Of a DNA stretch of 64,000 nt, positions 30,339 through 39,975 are shown piece by piece. The notes beneath the pieces were generated by a model, which was not told where the DNA came from, searched no databases, and saw nothing but the letters and a program-made list of their open reading frames with translations. The translations under genes were made by a program, and so were the position numbers. The DNA is from Candidatus Latescibacterota bacterium (lineage in GTDB: Bacteria; Latescibacterota; UBA2968; GCA-2709665), in NCBI GenBank assembly GCA_965219455.1, contig OZ244744.1, positions 4,608,001 through 4,672,000 on the forward strand, given 5' to 3'. Within the stretch, counting starts at the first letter, position 1. The number at the start of each line of letters is the position of its first letter.

Positions 30339-30560
30339 ATGAGCAATATCAAATTCAGGGTACTCATCGAGCAGGACGAAGACGGCATTTTTGTGGCCGA
30401 GGTTCCCGCTTTACCAGGGTGCATTTCGCAAGGGTCTACTCGAAAGGAAGCCCTGGAAAATGCGCAGGAAGCGATGGAGCTCTTTATTGAGAGTCTGGAA
30501 GCCCATGGGGACCCGATTCCTCCCGCGATTACGGAAGAAATCATCGAGATTAAAATTTGA
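30339..30560 (+). CDS. hicB: HicB family antitoxin
   Basis: EQDEDG, VPALPGCISQGSTRKEALENAQEA. Confidence 0.92.
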   Translation: MSNIKFRVLIEQDEDGIFVAEVPALPGCISQGSTRKEALENAQEAMELFIESLEAHGDPIPPAITEEIIEIKI

Positions 30561-30781
30561 GCCCGCTCCCGGTTGTGTCCGGTCGCGATGTTGTCAGCGC
30601 ATTGGGAAAGATCGGCTATGAGTACGATCGTCTACGCGGAAGCCACAACGTATTACGACTGAATCGAGAACCCTATCGCCGTATCGTAGTTCCCAACCAC
30701 AGGCAGGTAGCCAAAGGAACTCTTCGAGCGATCATTCGCGAGGCCGGTTTGACCGTGGAAGAATTCCGAGCCCTGATGTGA
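30557..30781 (+). CDS. hicA: HicA family toxin
   Basis: RGSH, VVPNH, KGTLRAIIREAG; overlaps hicB stop. Confidence 0.92.
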   Translation: MSPLPVVSGRDVVSALGKIGYEYDRLRGSHNVLRLNREPYRRIVVPNHRQVAKGTLRAIIREAGLTVEEFRALM

Positions 30782-30919
30782 ACTGATTTCCAACATCGTC
30801 TACGGCAAAATTGGTACGCCTATCAGGAAAAAAACACGAAACGGGGTGATGACCGCCCCGTTGTTTCTTTTGATGATCTTTCAGATTCACGTCTCTTCCA
30901 ATGCATCCACTTATGCTAA

Positions 30920-31037
30920 GGTGACCGAAGACAAGGCGCGCTCCCTCCCCGAATCCCCCGATTCGGGGAGGGAGCGCAACGCAGTAATTCGGCCACAAGA
31001 GCCGGCCGCAGACCGGATGGACTTTTTCAACGGGCTG
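30920..31037. mobile_element. Truncated copy of the 160-bp MITE
   Basis: Ends GACTTTTTCAACGGGCTG-CTAA; other TIR missing. Confidence 0.8.
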
Positions 31038-31151
31038 CTAAGGTCGGTAGAAAGCCAACAGCTCAGCAGGCCTGTTAACGTTGCGCGGTTCGTGGTCACG
31101 GACGACGTTTTCTGCAATAAAATGACTTCCCTGACACGGGAGGCAAGCGGC

Positions 31152-31964
31152 ATGGTCAACACAAATCTGCCGGTGATTACACGAAGCAGGTTGGTATCAG
31201 ACTTATCGAAACTGGGGCTTGCCGCTGGCGACACCTTGATGCTGCATGCTTCTGTCAAGGCAGTCGGCTGGATCGTAGGGGGCCCTGAAATGGTGCTTCG
31301 GGCGATCCTGGACGTGCTCGGTTCAACGGGGACCTTGATGATGTACGTGAAGTGCGAGGAGCCGTTGAACGAAATCGAAGATTGGCCGGAGGAATGGCAG
31401 AAAGCCTATCTGGAAGAATGTCCGCCATTTGATCCTTCCCGGACTCGCGCATTTCGTGAGTGGAGCATCCTTACAGAGTACCTGCGCACGTGGCCAGGGG
31501 CACGTTGCAGCGCCCATCCCGAGGCACGAGTGGCAGCAGTTGGCGCGAGGGCGGATTGGATAACGTCAGACCATCCGCTTCAGTTTGGTTACGGCGCGGA
31601 TTCCCCCCTCGAGAAGTTGTGCGAAGTTCGGGGGAAAATACTCCTGCTTGGACAGCTTTTCGATAGCCTCACCATTCTCCACTACGCGGAACACATTGCT
31701 GACGTGCCCAACAAGAGAACAGAGCGCTATCGATGGCCGGTTTTGCGCGGCGGCACGTGCGAATGGATAGCGTTCGAGCAGTTCGATACTTCCAATGGAA
31801 TCGTTGACTGGCCCGATGGCAGCTATTTCCAGTCCATTTCAAAAGAGTATATGGCTCGCGGACGCTACGCGGAGGGGCGGGTTGGAGCCGCAGACTCGTA
31901 TCTGTTCGACGCCCGGGATCTGGCAGACTTCGCGATCGCATGGATGGAAGAACAGTTCGGTTAG
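31152..31964 (+). CDS. Aminoglycoside 3-N-acetyltransferase family (AAC(3))
   Basis: LGLAAGDTLMLHASVKAVG, GTLMMY, SAHP, SPLEKL, TILHYAEH. Confidence 0.9.
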   Translation: MVNTNLPVITRSRLVSDLSKLGLAAGDTLMLHASVKAVGWIVGGPEMVLRAILDVLGSTGTLMMYVKCEEPLNEIEDWPEEWQKAYLEECPPFDPSRTRAFREWSILTEYLRTWPGARCSAHPEARVAAVGARADWITSDHPLQFGYGADSPLEKLCEVRGKILLLGQLFDSLTILHYAEHIADVPNKRTERYRWPVLRGGTCEWIAFEQFDTSNGIVDWPDGSYFQSISKEYMARGRYAEGRVGAADSYLFDARDLADFAIAWMEEQFG

Positions 31965-32166
31965 CCGTGGTCAGGGTGTGCGCTGCGGTCGACCTCACGG
32001 TTTGTTCGGTGCCGCCGTTCGGTCGCCCGTCGGCCTATAGGTATAGCTGCCCTTGTCACACCGCTTGCTGAACGTAACACACAACACCGGTTTCCGGATC
32101 GACAAGACCATGTAGATAAGCGCAAGAACTGTATCCACCACGCCTCAGCATTCTGCCGGAGGACAA

Positions 32167-32739
32167 ATGACAACCGATGGCAAGGAACTGCGACCGTACA
32201 AGACCCTTTCGCGTCGCACAATTCTAGATCACGGACCATATCTGACTGTTGAGAGTCACACCGTACAATGGCCGGATGGACAGGTCATCACCGACTGGCC
32301 GTGGATACTCAGCCCGGATGCATCGATCATACTCCCGGTCAACTCTGAGGGCAAGTTCCTTTGCTTTCGGCAGACGAAATACGCGATCCAGGGAACGACT
32401 CTGGCGCCGGTAGCAGGTATGATTGAACCCGGTGAGGATCCATTAACGGCTGCAAAGCGTGAACTGCTGGAGGAGACTGGATTCGAAGCGACGGAATGGA
32501 TCGACCTTGGCAGCTACAAGGTCGACCCCAATCGCGGTGTTGGCGTTCGGCACTTGTTCCTGGCACGTAAGGCACGGCAAGTAACTGAACCTTGCAGTGA
32601 TGACATTGAGGATCAACAACTTCTGTTTCTTTTCCGGCAGGAGTTGGAAGATGCGTTAGGCTCCGGAGAGTTCAAGGTCCTGACGTGGACTGCTGCAATT
32701 TTATTGGCTTTGCAATACCTGGCTCGCGCCGACGAATGA
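32167..32739 (+). CDS. NUDIX hydrolase (ADP-ribose pyrophosphatase-like)
   Basis: AGMIEPGEDPLTAAKRELLEETG. Confidence 0.9.
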   Translation: MTTDGKELRPYKTLSRRTILDHGPYLTVESHTVQWPDGQVITDWPWILSPDASIILPVNSEGKFLCFRQTKYAIQGTTLAPVAGMIEPGEDPLTAAKRELLEETGFEATEWIDLGSYKVDPNRGVGVRHLFLARKARQVTEPCSDDIEDQQLLFLFRQELEDALGSGEFKVLTWTAAILLALQYLARADE

Positions 32740-32812
32740 GGACTTTAAAACAAAACCGGGACTCGTCGAGGGTGTCCGTTTGGATGTTGCAACTCCGAAG
32801 ACCTTTGTAGAC

Positions 32813-32935
32813 GTATAACATGTCCTCTTGTGCTTCGGCGCAGAGTTTATCCTACGCGTGCCGACGGGCGCCCTGGCCTACGCAACCCGCTTCGCGGGTT
32901 CCCAAACCGGCCATCAGTCATGCTGGACGTTATGC
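32813..32935 (+). repeat. attC site with REP-like insert
   Basis: R'' GTATAAC, GCAGAGTTTATCCT, CAACCCGCTTCGCGGGTT, R' GTTATGC. Confidence 0.75.
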
Positions 32936-32982
32936 GCAACGCCTTTCTTGCCTGATGTTGCGTCGGGAGAAAGCGGAAGTCG

Positions 32983-33936
32983 ATGATCGAGTATGTAGGA
33001 AATGCTCCATACTGCTATGCCAATTCAGCAGCGATGTTGTTGAAATCCATCGGCGAGGATGTCCCGCCGGGCAAGATCGAGGTCCTCACGGGAGTTGGCC
33101 TGGGAGCGATCTGGCAGGATGATGGACTCTTCTGGTTGTCCAATCCCTACTCTCCGCCTGACATCGGATTGAGTGCGGCCCTCGGTATTCTCGGTTTTCA
33201 ATTCGTCGAAGGGTCGAGCGAGAAGCCGGATCCGTGCCCACTGGAGGAGCTCGAAGAATTGCTTCAGACAGGTCCGGTCGTTCTGGGTCCACTCGATATG
33301 GGCTACCTGGACTACCTGCCGTTCAGCGCCCCCGGAGCGGACCATTTCGTTTTGGCTTACCAGATTGCGAGCGGTCATGTTTTTTTGCACGATCCGGAGG
33401 GTTTTCCAAACGTGTCACTTCCGCTCTCTCGACTCGCGGACGCGTGGAAGGCTGAAAGAGTCGATTACCGGCGAGGATACTACCGATACTGGACTGCTCC
33501 CACTCGAGTCGAGAGTACCGTCGATGATGAAATCTACGCGAGAGGAATCGAACACTTCGTGGCTTGTTACCAACAATCGGAGGAAATCGCAGCGGAGATC
33601 GGCTGGACTTTCGGACCGCATGCGGTCACCGCGCTGGCGGAAAGAGCAGAATCACAGGATCTACCGAAATTTCTGATCCAGATGATGAAAACCTTCCATT
33701 TCTGTCTGGGGGCGCGTAGAGCCCTGGATTATGCTGTCTTCTTTGATGGCAGGAACTCGCAATTGGCTGAAATCAAACGGGATCAAGCTCAACTTCTTGG
33801 ACACTGCCACAGACTCGCGGCAGAGTCAGATTGGGCCCAACTTGCAGTTGAGCTGAAACAGTTCGCAATGACAGAGGATGCCATCTCGAAGGAGTTATCG
33901 AAGGAGGAGAAAACAGAAGCCCGTTTGCTCCCGTAA
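32983..33936 (+). CDS. Hypothetical protein, BtrH-N/peptidase C39-like
   Basis: YCYANS, GPLDMGYL, DHFVL, LHDP (Cys-His-Asp arrangement). Confidence 0.6.
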   Translation: MIEYVGNAPYCYANSAAMLLKSIGEDVPPGKIEVLTGVGLGAIWQDDGLFWLSNPYSPPDIGLSAALGILGFQFVEGSSEKPDPCPLEELEELLQTGPVVLGPLDMGYLDYLPFSAPGADHFVLAYQIASGHVFLHDPEGFPNVSLPLSRLADAWKAERVDYRRGYYRYWTAPTRVESTVDDEIYARGIEHFVACYQQSEEIAAEIGWTFGPHAVTALAERAESQDLPKFLIQMMKTFHFCLGARRALDYAVFFDGRNSQLAEIKRDQAQLLGHCHRLAAESDWAQLAVELKQFAMTEDAISKELSKEEKTEARLLP

Positions 33937-34003
33937 CAGATCAGATGAACTTTAAGAACGGCGTTGCGCTCTTGCGGGTTCCCAGGAACCTTGCACGTCA
34001 TGC
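33931..34003 (+). repeat. Degenerate attC-like site
   Basis: CCGTAAC overlapping stop ... GCGGGTTC ... GTCATGC. Confidence 0.5.
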
Positions 34004-34058
34004 AGCATGCTCCTGAGTCAAGTCTCAATATCGTGAATCCGTTGACAGGTTACCTTTC

Positions 34059-34610
34059 ATGATCGAATTGCGTGGCAAAAAAGCGGTATTGCGGACAATG
34101 GAACGCCAGCATTGCCGCACACTATGGGAACAGTATGAGCTCGAGGAGCCAATTCCGACCGAACCGGTGAGGCCTGGTCATTCACTCGAGGGCTCGGAGA
34201 AATGGTTTGACGAGATCCAGCAGCAACAGGGCAAGAGTCAAATTTACCTGGGCATCTTCGATAATGATGGAAATCTCGTCGGTGATATTCAGCTTTCTGG
34301 AATCGACTGGAGGAGTCGCACGGCGAGTCTCGGTTTTGGAATCGCACTCAGACAGGACAGAGGGAAGGGGTATTGCACGGATGCTGCGCGGGTCATGCTT
34401 CGGTTCGCGTTCGAAGAATTGGACTTGTACAGGATTTCGGCTGCGACGACTTCAAACAATGCAGGCGCTATAAGAGTTCTCGAGAAGCTGGGATTTGCAC
34501 AGGAAGGACGGGAGCGTGAGGCTGCATATTGGTCCAATTGCCGATGGGATAGGCTCTTGTTCGGTTTGTTAAAGACTGAATTTGAGTCCAGGCATGGATC
34601 CAGGCAATGA
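34059..34610 (+). CDS. GNAT (RimJ/RimL-like) acetyltransferase
   Basis: RGKGYC, NAGAIRVLEKLGFAQEG. Confidence 0.9.
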   Translation: MIELRGKKAVLRTMERQHCRTLWEQYELEEPIPTEPVRPGHSLEGSEKWFDEIQQQQGKSQIYLGIFDNDGNLVGDIQLSGIDWRSRTASLGFGIALRQDRGKGYCTDAARVMLRFAFEELDLYRISAATTSNNAGAIRVLEKLGFAQEGREREAAYWSNCRWDRLLFGLLKTEFESRHGSRQ

Positions 34611-34781
34611 GTGCTTTTTCAGGTCGGACTGGAATCGCAAACATCCCGCTCGTTTCTCCCGCGTGGGTCGTCGGGGGCCGCATAGCAGATCCATGACCCC
34701 GGCTTCGGGCACGGCGTGAGTCAATAGCCGAAAGCGCGCCCTCGAACAACCGGCGCTGCCCATCCGAGGACCGCGGTCAAC

Positions 34782-35654
34782 ATGTATGAATCATTGGATC
34801 CGCAACTCCCGGTACAGGAGGAAGACACGGCAGGTCCCGTGTATTTCGTGCATATCAGTGACACTCACTTGGGACATTCGAGTGATTGGACCGCGCTGGG
34901 CAACAATCCTTACCATAACCTGCTGCGGGTCCTTGAAGCTATAAATAGCCTTCCGACCCAACCTCAATTCATAATCCATACAGGCGACGTAGCGAACCAT
35001 GACACCGAAGTCGCTTACGAATTAGCTGCCGAGGCATTTGCTCAATTCAATATTCCCCTGTACTTCGTGACGGGAAACCACGATACGCATACCTATATGC
35101 GCAAACATCTAAAGATGGGGCCCAAAGAGGATGTGCTATCCAGTTCGGATCTGAACTGTTATCGATTCTCTATCGAAGCCGAACGGTTTCTTGTTCTGGA
35201 TACCCAGCAGCCATACGACGAATTCGGTCACTTTGGTAGAGTATCGGAAGACCAGCTTGATATTGTTCGAGCGGAAGTGAGCCGTCATAACGGCTCATTG
35301 ACTGTATTTGTTCATCACTCGCCGCTGGATATGGATTCCAGGTGGTATTCCAAATACGTTGGAATGCTGAATGGCACCGAATTACATGAAGCGCTGTTGC
35401 CGGCAAGAGATCGTATCCGAGGCGTTTTCTTCGGACACGTTCATCGTGGGACGCATATCCAGAAGGACGGTATTGCGTATATCAGCGTCGGAAGCACGTT
35501 CTGCCAGCTCAACTATTGGCCCGATGAACAGAAAGTGAACTTCGACGAAGAGCATGCGCCGTGCTTCAACTTTGTCTCCCTTCATGCGGATAGAATGATC
35601 GTCAAGGAGCATTCAGTATCACAGAACGGACCAAATGTCGCCGACAGGACGTAA
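34782..35654 (+). CDS. Metallophosphoesterase (Icc/CpdA-like)
   Basis: SDTH, TGD, GNHD, HH, GHVH. Confidence 0.9.
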   Translation: MYESLDPQLPVQEEDTAGPVYFVHISDTHLGHSSDWTALGNNPYHNLLRVLEAINSLPTQPQFIIHTGDVANHDTEVAYELAAEAFAQFNIPLYFVTGNHDTHTYMRKHLKMGPKEDVLSSSDLNCYRFSIEAERFLVLDTQQPYDEFGHFGRVSEDQLDIVRAEVSRHNGSLTVFVHHSPLDMDSRWYSKYVGMLNGTELHEALLPARDRIRGVFFGHVHRGTHIQKDGIAYISVGSTFCQLNYWPDEQKVNFDEEHAPCFNFVSLHADRMIVKEHSVSQNGPNVADRT

Positions 35655-35727
35655 CCATGCCCGGCTATGGGCCATTCGGCGCTTCATCCAACGGATGCAC
35701 GGTTCGCAGTAGCCGGGGACGTTTCAT
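35649..35727 (+). repeat. attC site
   Basis: ACGTAAC overlapping stop, CCCGGCTA/TAGCCGGG stem, GTTTCAT. Confidence 0.7.
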
Positions 35728-35764
35728 GCTATGGCAGTAGCCAGACATCGGGAACGAGCCCGAT

Positions 35765-37084
35765 TTAACGCTGCGGGAATGCAATATCCGTCAGGTTATC
35801 GTACCAGTGTACGAATTTGGCTCCGTCCACGTCGACCTCTCCGGATTTATCGACGGAGACGTTTTCGCATTCAGGGTGGCAGTAATGTCTCCTGAGTAAG
35901 GTACGGCCTTCGGCGGTCAGGAAACTCTCCGTGAAGACAGAGTCAGGCTCTTCGGGATCTCCCTCGAGCTCAAGGACCCGTAAACACGAGAAAAAACGAC
36001 CGTCTACGCGAACTTCGTGATTTCCTGCCCCCGCTTCTTCGCATGATTTGTCGGTTCTGCAAAACGCCCGCGGCGCCACCTCGTCAAGTGACCCCTGAGG
36101 TTCAAGCTTCCGTACAGAATCTCGCCAGAAGGCCTCACTCAGGAAGGTCTCGACACTGAACTTACCGTTTCGTTGAAAGACTGCGAGGTACTGTGCCTTA
36201 TCTTCGGTGAGACGTCCGACCATCGAGCAGACTTTACTTGCAAGGTGCGTTTGCACATTGATTTCCGTCACCTCTATTTCGATACCTTCGACACCGTGAA
36301 CCTCAGCGATTCCAGATGCTTCCAGTGTCATGACCGAGGTCAATGTCCACCGGTTCGGACTATAGGTTGCGACGAGCACCGACTCATCAATTGTGGGTAC
36401 CGCGAACCACCATCTGAGTTCGGGGCAGTCCACGGAAAACGGTGGACGCTCCGACCTGTTGATCTGAATTCTTGGCCGTTCGTGAGGAAATCGATGCTTC
36501 AACTCCCGAGAGCCAAGTGCTGGCATTTCTGTCCTCCTTCTTTGTGCTGTCACGCCAAGTACATCCCGTATTCGATTGCGGCCGGTTGACAGCCTGCGTT
36601 TGATTGTACCATCGGAACGTCCGGTACGATTTGCGATTTCTGCAATTGTAAGACCTCTGAAGTAGAAGTCTTTGATGGCGTTCGCTTCGTAATTTGGTAT
36701 TTTCTCTATTGCGCGCCTGATCCGCCGAATCGATTCCGTTTGATTGTGCGGCGTGGACCGTGACTGATTCAGAATCCGCTCCAGCTCAATTTGCGAAGTC
36801 GGCAATTCTCTTCTGTGCTTTCCTCTGAGGAAATCACGGGAGCGGTTTCTCGCAATCTGGAAGAGCCACGGCCCGATCCTTGACGGATCCCGAAGCTGGT
36901 GTTGAGTAGCCCAGGCCTGGAGGAGCGTATCCTGAAGCACATCTGCCGCATCATCTTCATTGTCAATGAAGTATCTGATCAGGGTTGTCAGTCTATCCTC
37001 GAAGTGCCTGACAACGGCGACAAACGCTTCGGGGTTCCCCTCTGAGGATTGCCTGACGAGTTCTTTGGGCGGTCGTCGATGCAT
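35765..37084 (-). CDS. ECF sigma-70 factor with long C-terminal extension
   Basis: DAADVLQDT, WLFQIARN (region 2); LTIAEIA...GTIKRRL (region 4); ~250-aa extension. Confidence 0.88.
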   Translation of the reverse strand: MHRRPPKELVRQSSEGNPEAFVAVVRHFEDRLTTLIRYFIDNEDDAADVLQDTLLQAWATQHQLRDPSRIGPWLFQIARNRSRDFLRGKHRRELPTSQIELERILNQSRSTPHNQTESIRRIRRAIEKIPNYEANAIKDFYFRGLTIAEIANRTGRSDGTIKRRLSTGRNRIRDVLGVTAQRRRTEMPALGSRELKHRFPHERPRIQINRSERPPFSVDCPELRWWFAVPTIDESVLVATYSPNRWTLTSVMTLEASGIAEVHGVEGIEIEVTEINVQTHLASKVCSMVGRLTEDKAQYLAVFQRNGKFSVETFLSEAFWRDSVRKLEPQGSLDEVAPRAFCRTDKSCEEAGAGNHEVRVDGRFFSCLRVLELEGDPEEPDSVFTESFLTAEGRTLLRRHYCHPECENVSVDKSGEVDVDGAKFVHWYDNLTDIAFPQR

Positions 37085-37364
37085 TCGGTCTATGTCCTCT
37101 CAATATCATGGCGTAATAAAGGGAGAGAAGGTTCGGACGGAATCACGAGATTCTGAAGGCGACGTCGGATCCAACCGCACGTCATACGCGATCGTCGTAT
37201 CACCGAACCTGCAATCGCAAGCGGATTTTCTTATCACCTGGTGAAGTGGCACCCAGCCCGATCATCGATCCGGGCTCCGCCTCGGCTTTCCAGAACCGGC
37301 CATTGTCCTGCATTGAGCACCGCCTCAGTTCCGGGTCTTTTGGTCAACGAAGGAGGCAGCGTTC

Positions 37365-37748
37365 ATGGGCAATTCATCGAATTTCCCCGATTCGGTTGAG
37401 TTGGGGCGCATGGCGCCCGGTATCACGGTCAGCAATATCGAGGCATCCGTCGCATTCTACCGATCCATGCTGGGAATGCACAAGACGTTTGAGAACGGGA
37501 ATCCGGTCGGCTTCGTGATCATGAAGAAAGGCCAGGCCGAGCTGCACCTGTCATTGTGCCGTCAAAGGAAGCCGCAGACACACAATGTCGCGCACCTGAA
37601 GGTGAGTGACGCGAAGATGCTTTACGATCACCTGAGCAAGTCAGGAGTACGGATAATCAAGGGACTGCGCGATCAGCAATACGGTCTTCGGGACTTTGTC
37701 ATCGCAGATCCCGATGGCAACCGAATTGATATAGGGCAACCGATATAA
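37365..37748 (+). CDS. VOC/glyoxalase (bleomycin-resistance-like) protein
   Basis: SVAFY, YGLRDFVIADPDGNRI. Confidence 0.9.
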   Translation: MGNSSNFPDSVELGRMAPGITVSNIEASVAFYRSMLGMHKTFENGNPVGFVIMKKGQAELHLSLCRQRKPQTHNVAHLKVSDAKMLYDHLSKSGVRIIKGLRDQQYGLRDFVIADPDGNRIDIGQPI

Positions 37749-37990
37749 ATTGTCCCAATTGAAGATTGCGATGATCGGGCCGGTACACGTCGTTAATCTT
37801 GACTCCTGGTGGCAAATGATGAAAACCGAAAACCAGGAGGCTGTGATCAGGGCAGGCTTTCGGGGTTCGCAAACTGGTAAAGCCCCCGGAAGCGGTATTT
37901 GCAGACAAACCGAAAAGAAAAATCACTCTTGAACCCTGGTCTGTAATTTGCGATTATGTGGAATAACCAACAACGCACGGAGGAACTGAA

Positions 37991-38185
37991 ATGAAGCTTT
38001 ATCTGGATCTCACAGAATCACAAAACGAAAAGTTGGATTCAACCGCAAAACGCCTTGGCATACGTCCGGAGCAGCTTGCAAAAGCTGCGTTGGACGATTT
38101 GCTTGATAAGCTTCAAGAGGATTTTGAAGTTGCAGCACAGCGTGTTTTACGCAAGAATGAGGAACTCTATAGAAGGCTGAGTTAA
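37991..38185 (+). CDS. Antitoxin of Doc module (RHH-like)
   Basis: Small protein ending KNEELYRRLS, overlaps doc start. Confidence 0.8.
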   Translation: MKLYLDLTESQNEKLDSTAKRLGIRPEQLAKAALDDLLDKLQEDFEVAAQRVLRKNEELYRRLS

Positions 38186-38571
38186 TGAGGTATCTTTCTT
38201 TGGCAGAGGTGATCGAACTTTACGGACGCGTTGTTGATCAAAGTGGCGGAGCATCGGGGTTGCGAGATACAGGCAGATTAGAGTCGGCCGTCGCGCAACC
38301 CCGTATCACTTATGGGGGGCGTGATCTCTATCCTTCGTTGATCGAGAAAGCCGGTGCGTTATGCTTTTCCCTCGTGCAGAACCACCCGTTCGTCGATGGG
38401 AATAAGAGATTGGGCCATGCAGCGATGGAGGTATTTCTGATTCTGAATGGTCATGAAATCAGAGCCAGTGTGGATGAACAAGAGTCGCTTATTTTAGGTG
38501 TTGCTTCCGGCCAGGTTTCAAAGGAGAGTCTGATTGAGTGGTTGACCCAACATGTATTTGAATCGGATTGA
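38185..38571 (+). CDS. doc: Doc/Fic family toxin
   Basis: HPFVDGNKR, GLRD.G.LESA. Confidence 0.92.
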   Translation: MRYLSLAEVIELYGRVVDQSGGASGLRDTGRLESAVAQPRITYGGRDLYPSLIEKAGALCFSLVQNHPFVDGNKRLGHAAMEVFLILNGHEIRASVDEQESLILGVASGQVSKESLIEWLTQHVFESD

Positions 38572-38681
38572 CGATAGTTAAATCCCACACGAAGTGTACA
38601 CGAACATTCGGGGAGTTTTCTGACCCGGCTGTATTTCCGTGCCTGCTCGAGAATGCCGAAGTTAATTTGAAAGGAGATCGC

Positions 38682-39050
38682 GTGTTCAAAGAGGCCATAC
38701 CAATTTTGGGCGTGTCGAGTTCGGAAGCTTCTGAGAGGTTCTATTGCGGAAAGCTCGGGTTCCGTCGCGTGTACGCCTGGAGGCCCCATCCGGCAAAACT
38801 CGACCCCTGCTATATGGGAGTCGTCCGGGATGCGGCCCACGTCGTTATTTCCTCGTTTCCAGGCGATGGTCCGCCCGGGACGCGGACGGTTCAGATCTAT
38901 GTCGAGGACGCGGCAGCCGTCTACGAGGAGTTCAAGCAAGCGGGTATCCCGGTTGGACGGCTCCGGGATCAAAGCTGGGGCAATATTGAGTTCAGTTTCG
39001 AAGATCCCGACGGAAACAGTCTTTGTATTGCTCAAGACAAAAACGGATAG
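38682..39050 (+). CDS. VOC/glyoxalase (bleomycin-resistance-like) protein
   Basis: FYCGKLGF, SWGNIEFSFEDPDGN. Confidence 0.88.
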   Translation: MFKEAIPILGVSSSEASERFYCGKLGFRRVYAWRPHPAKLDPCYMGVVRDAAHVVISSFPGDGPPGTRTVQIYVEDAAAVYEEFKQAGIPVGRLRDQSWGNIEFSFEDPDGNSLCIAQDKNG

Positions 39051-39226
39051 TTTCCGCCTGATATGACGACATTGTTTGCACTGGGTTCTTTCGCTTCAGC
39101 CTGCCGGGAACCCTGGCCACATTTCCCTGGAAGGCTGGTACGCTGTTGGCCAACTATCACAAGACGTCAAATCGAAAGCCAAAAGCCTTCATTGAGACGA
39201 ACTACTCAGGTCAGGAAAGCGACATA

Positions 39227-39889
39227 ATGCCATTCAAGATTGCTGACGATCCGGATATAGATTATCGAGCGCTTGTCAGGGCGGCCTACAACCGCTGTGC
39301 GATGGAGTATGCATGGCAACGGCGCGCCACTGCCGATGCTGAGCTCAGCCTCATCACGGAGCGTCTGACACCTGGTTCGAGCACTCTTGACGTCGGCTGC
39401 GGCGCCGGTGTCCCGGTCGCGCGACATCTCGCGAAGACATTTAGCGTCACTGGGATCGACGTCTCCTCGAGCATGATTGCGCTGGCCAGGAAAAACGTTC
39501 CTTCGGCCAGGTTCATCCACGCCGACGTTATGGAGGTTGAATTCCCCGAGCGCAGTTTCGATGCAATTGTCAGCTTTTACGCCATTTTCCATATCCCGAG
39601 GCAGGAGCATCTGAATCTCTTTCGTCGATTCGTACAGTGGCTTCGGCCAGGCGGCCTCCTTCTGTTTACGGTTGCCAGGAATGACGACGGGCCTGGATAT
39701 ACTGAAGATGGCTTCTTCGGGGAGACGATGTACTGGAGCAACTTCGGACCCTCGACCTACAGGAAGTTTCTTGCTGATACCGGGTTTGAGATCGAACGGG
39801 AGGGTATCGTAGGAGCGGGGATTACCAGTGTCGATGCGCTGGAAGAGGTTCACCCGTTTTTCTTCGCCGTCAGAAACGGGCGGATGTAA
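39227..39889 (+). CDS. Class I SAM-dependent methyltransferase
   Basis: LDVGCGAG, GIDVS, LRPGG. Confidence 0.9.
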   Translation: MPFKIADDPDIDYRALVRAAYNRCAMEYAWQRRATADAELSLITERLTPGSSTLDVGCGAGVPVARHLAKTFSVTGIDVSSSMIALARKNVPSARFIHADVMEVEFPERSFDAIVSFYAIFHIPRQEHLNLFRRFVQWLRPGGLLLFTVARNDDGPGYTEDGFFGETMYWSNFGPSTYRKFLADTGFEIEREGIVGAGITSVDALEEVHPFFFAVRNGRM

Positions 39890-39975
39890 TTGAGTCCTGT
39901 TCGACGCCTCTTTGCTGACATCCTGCTCAGGGCTGGCGCACTCGGCGAAGCAACATCTGAATAGAGGCCCTGCCT

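Noticed and set aside
30846-31151. N-terminal extension of AAC(3)
   Set aside because: It is translated MITE and attC sequence; family similarity begins at ATG 31152.
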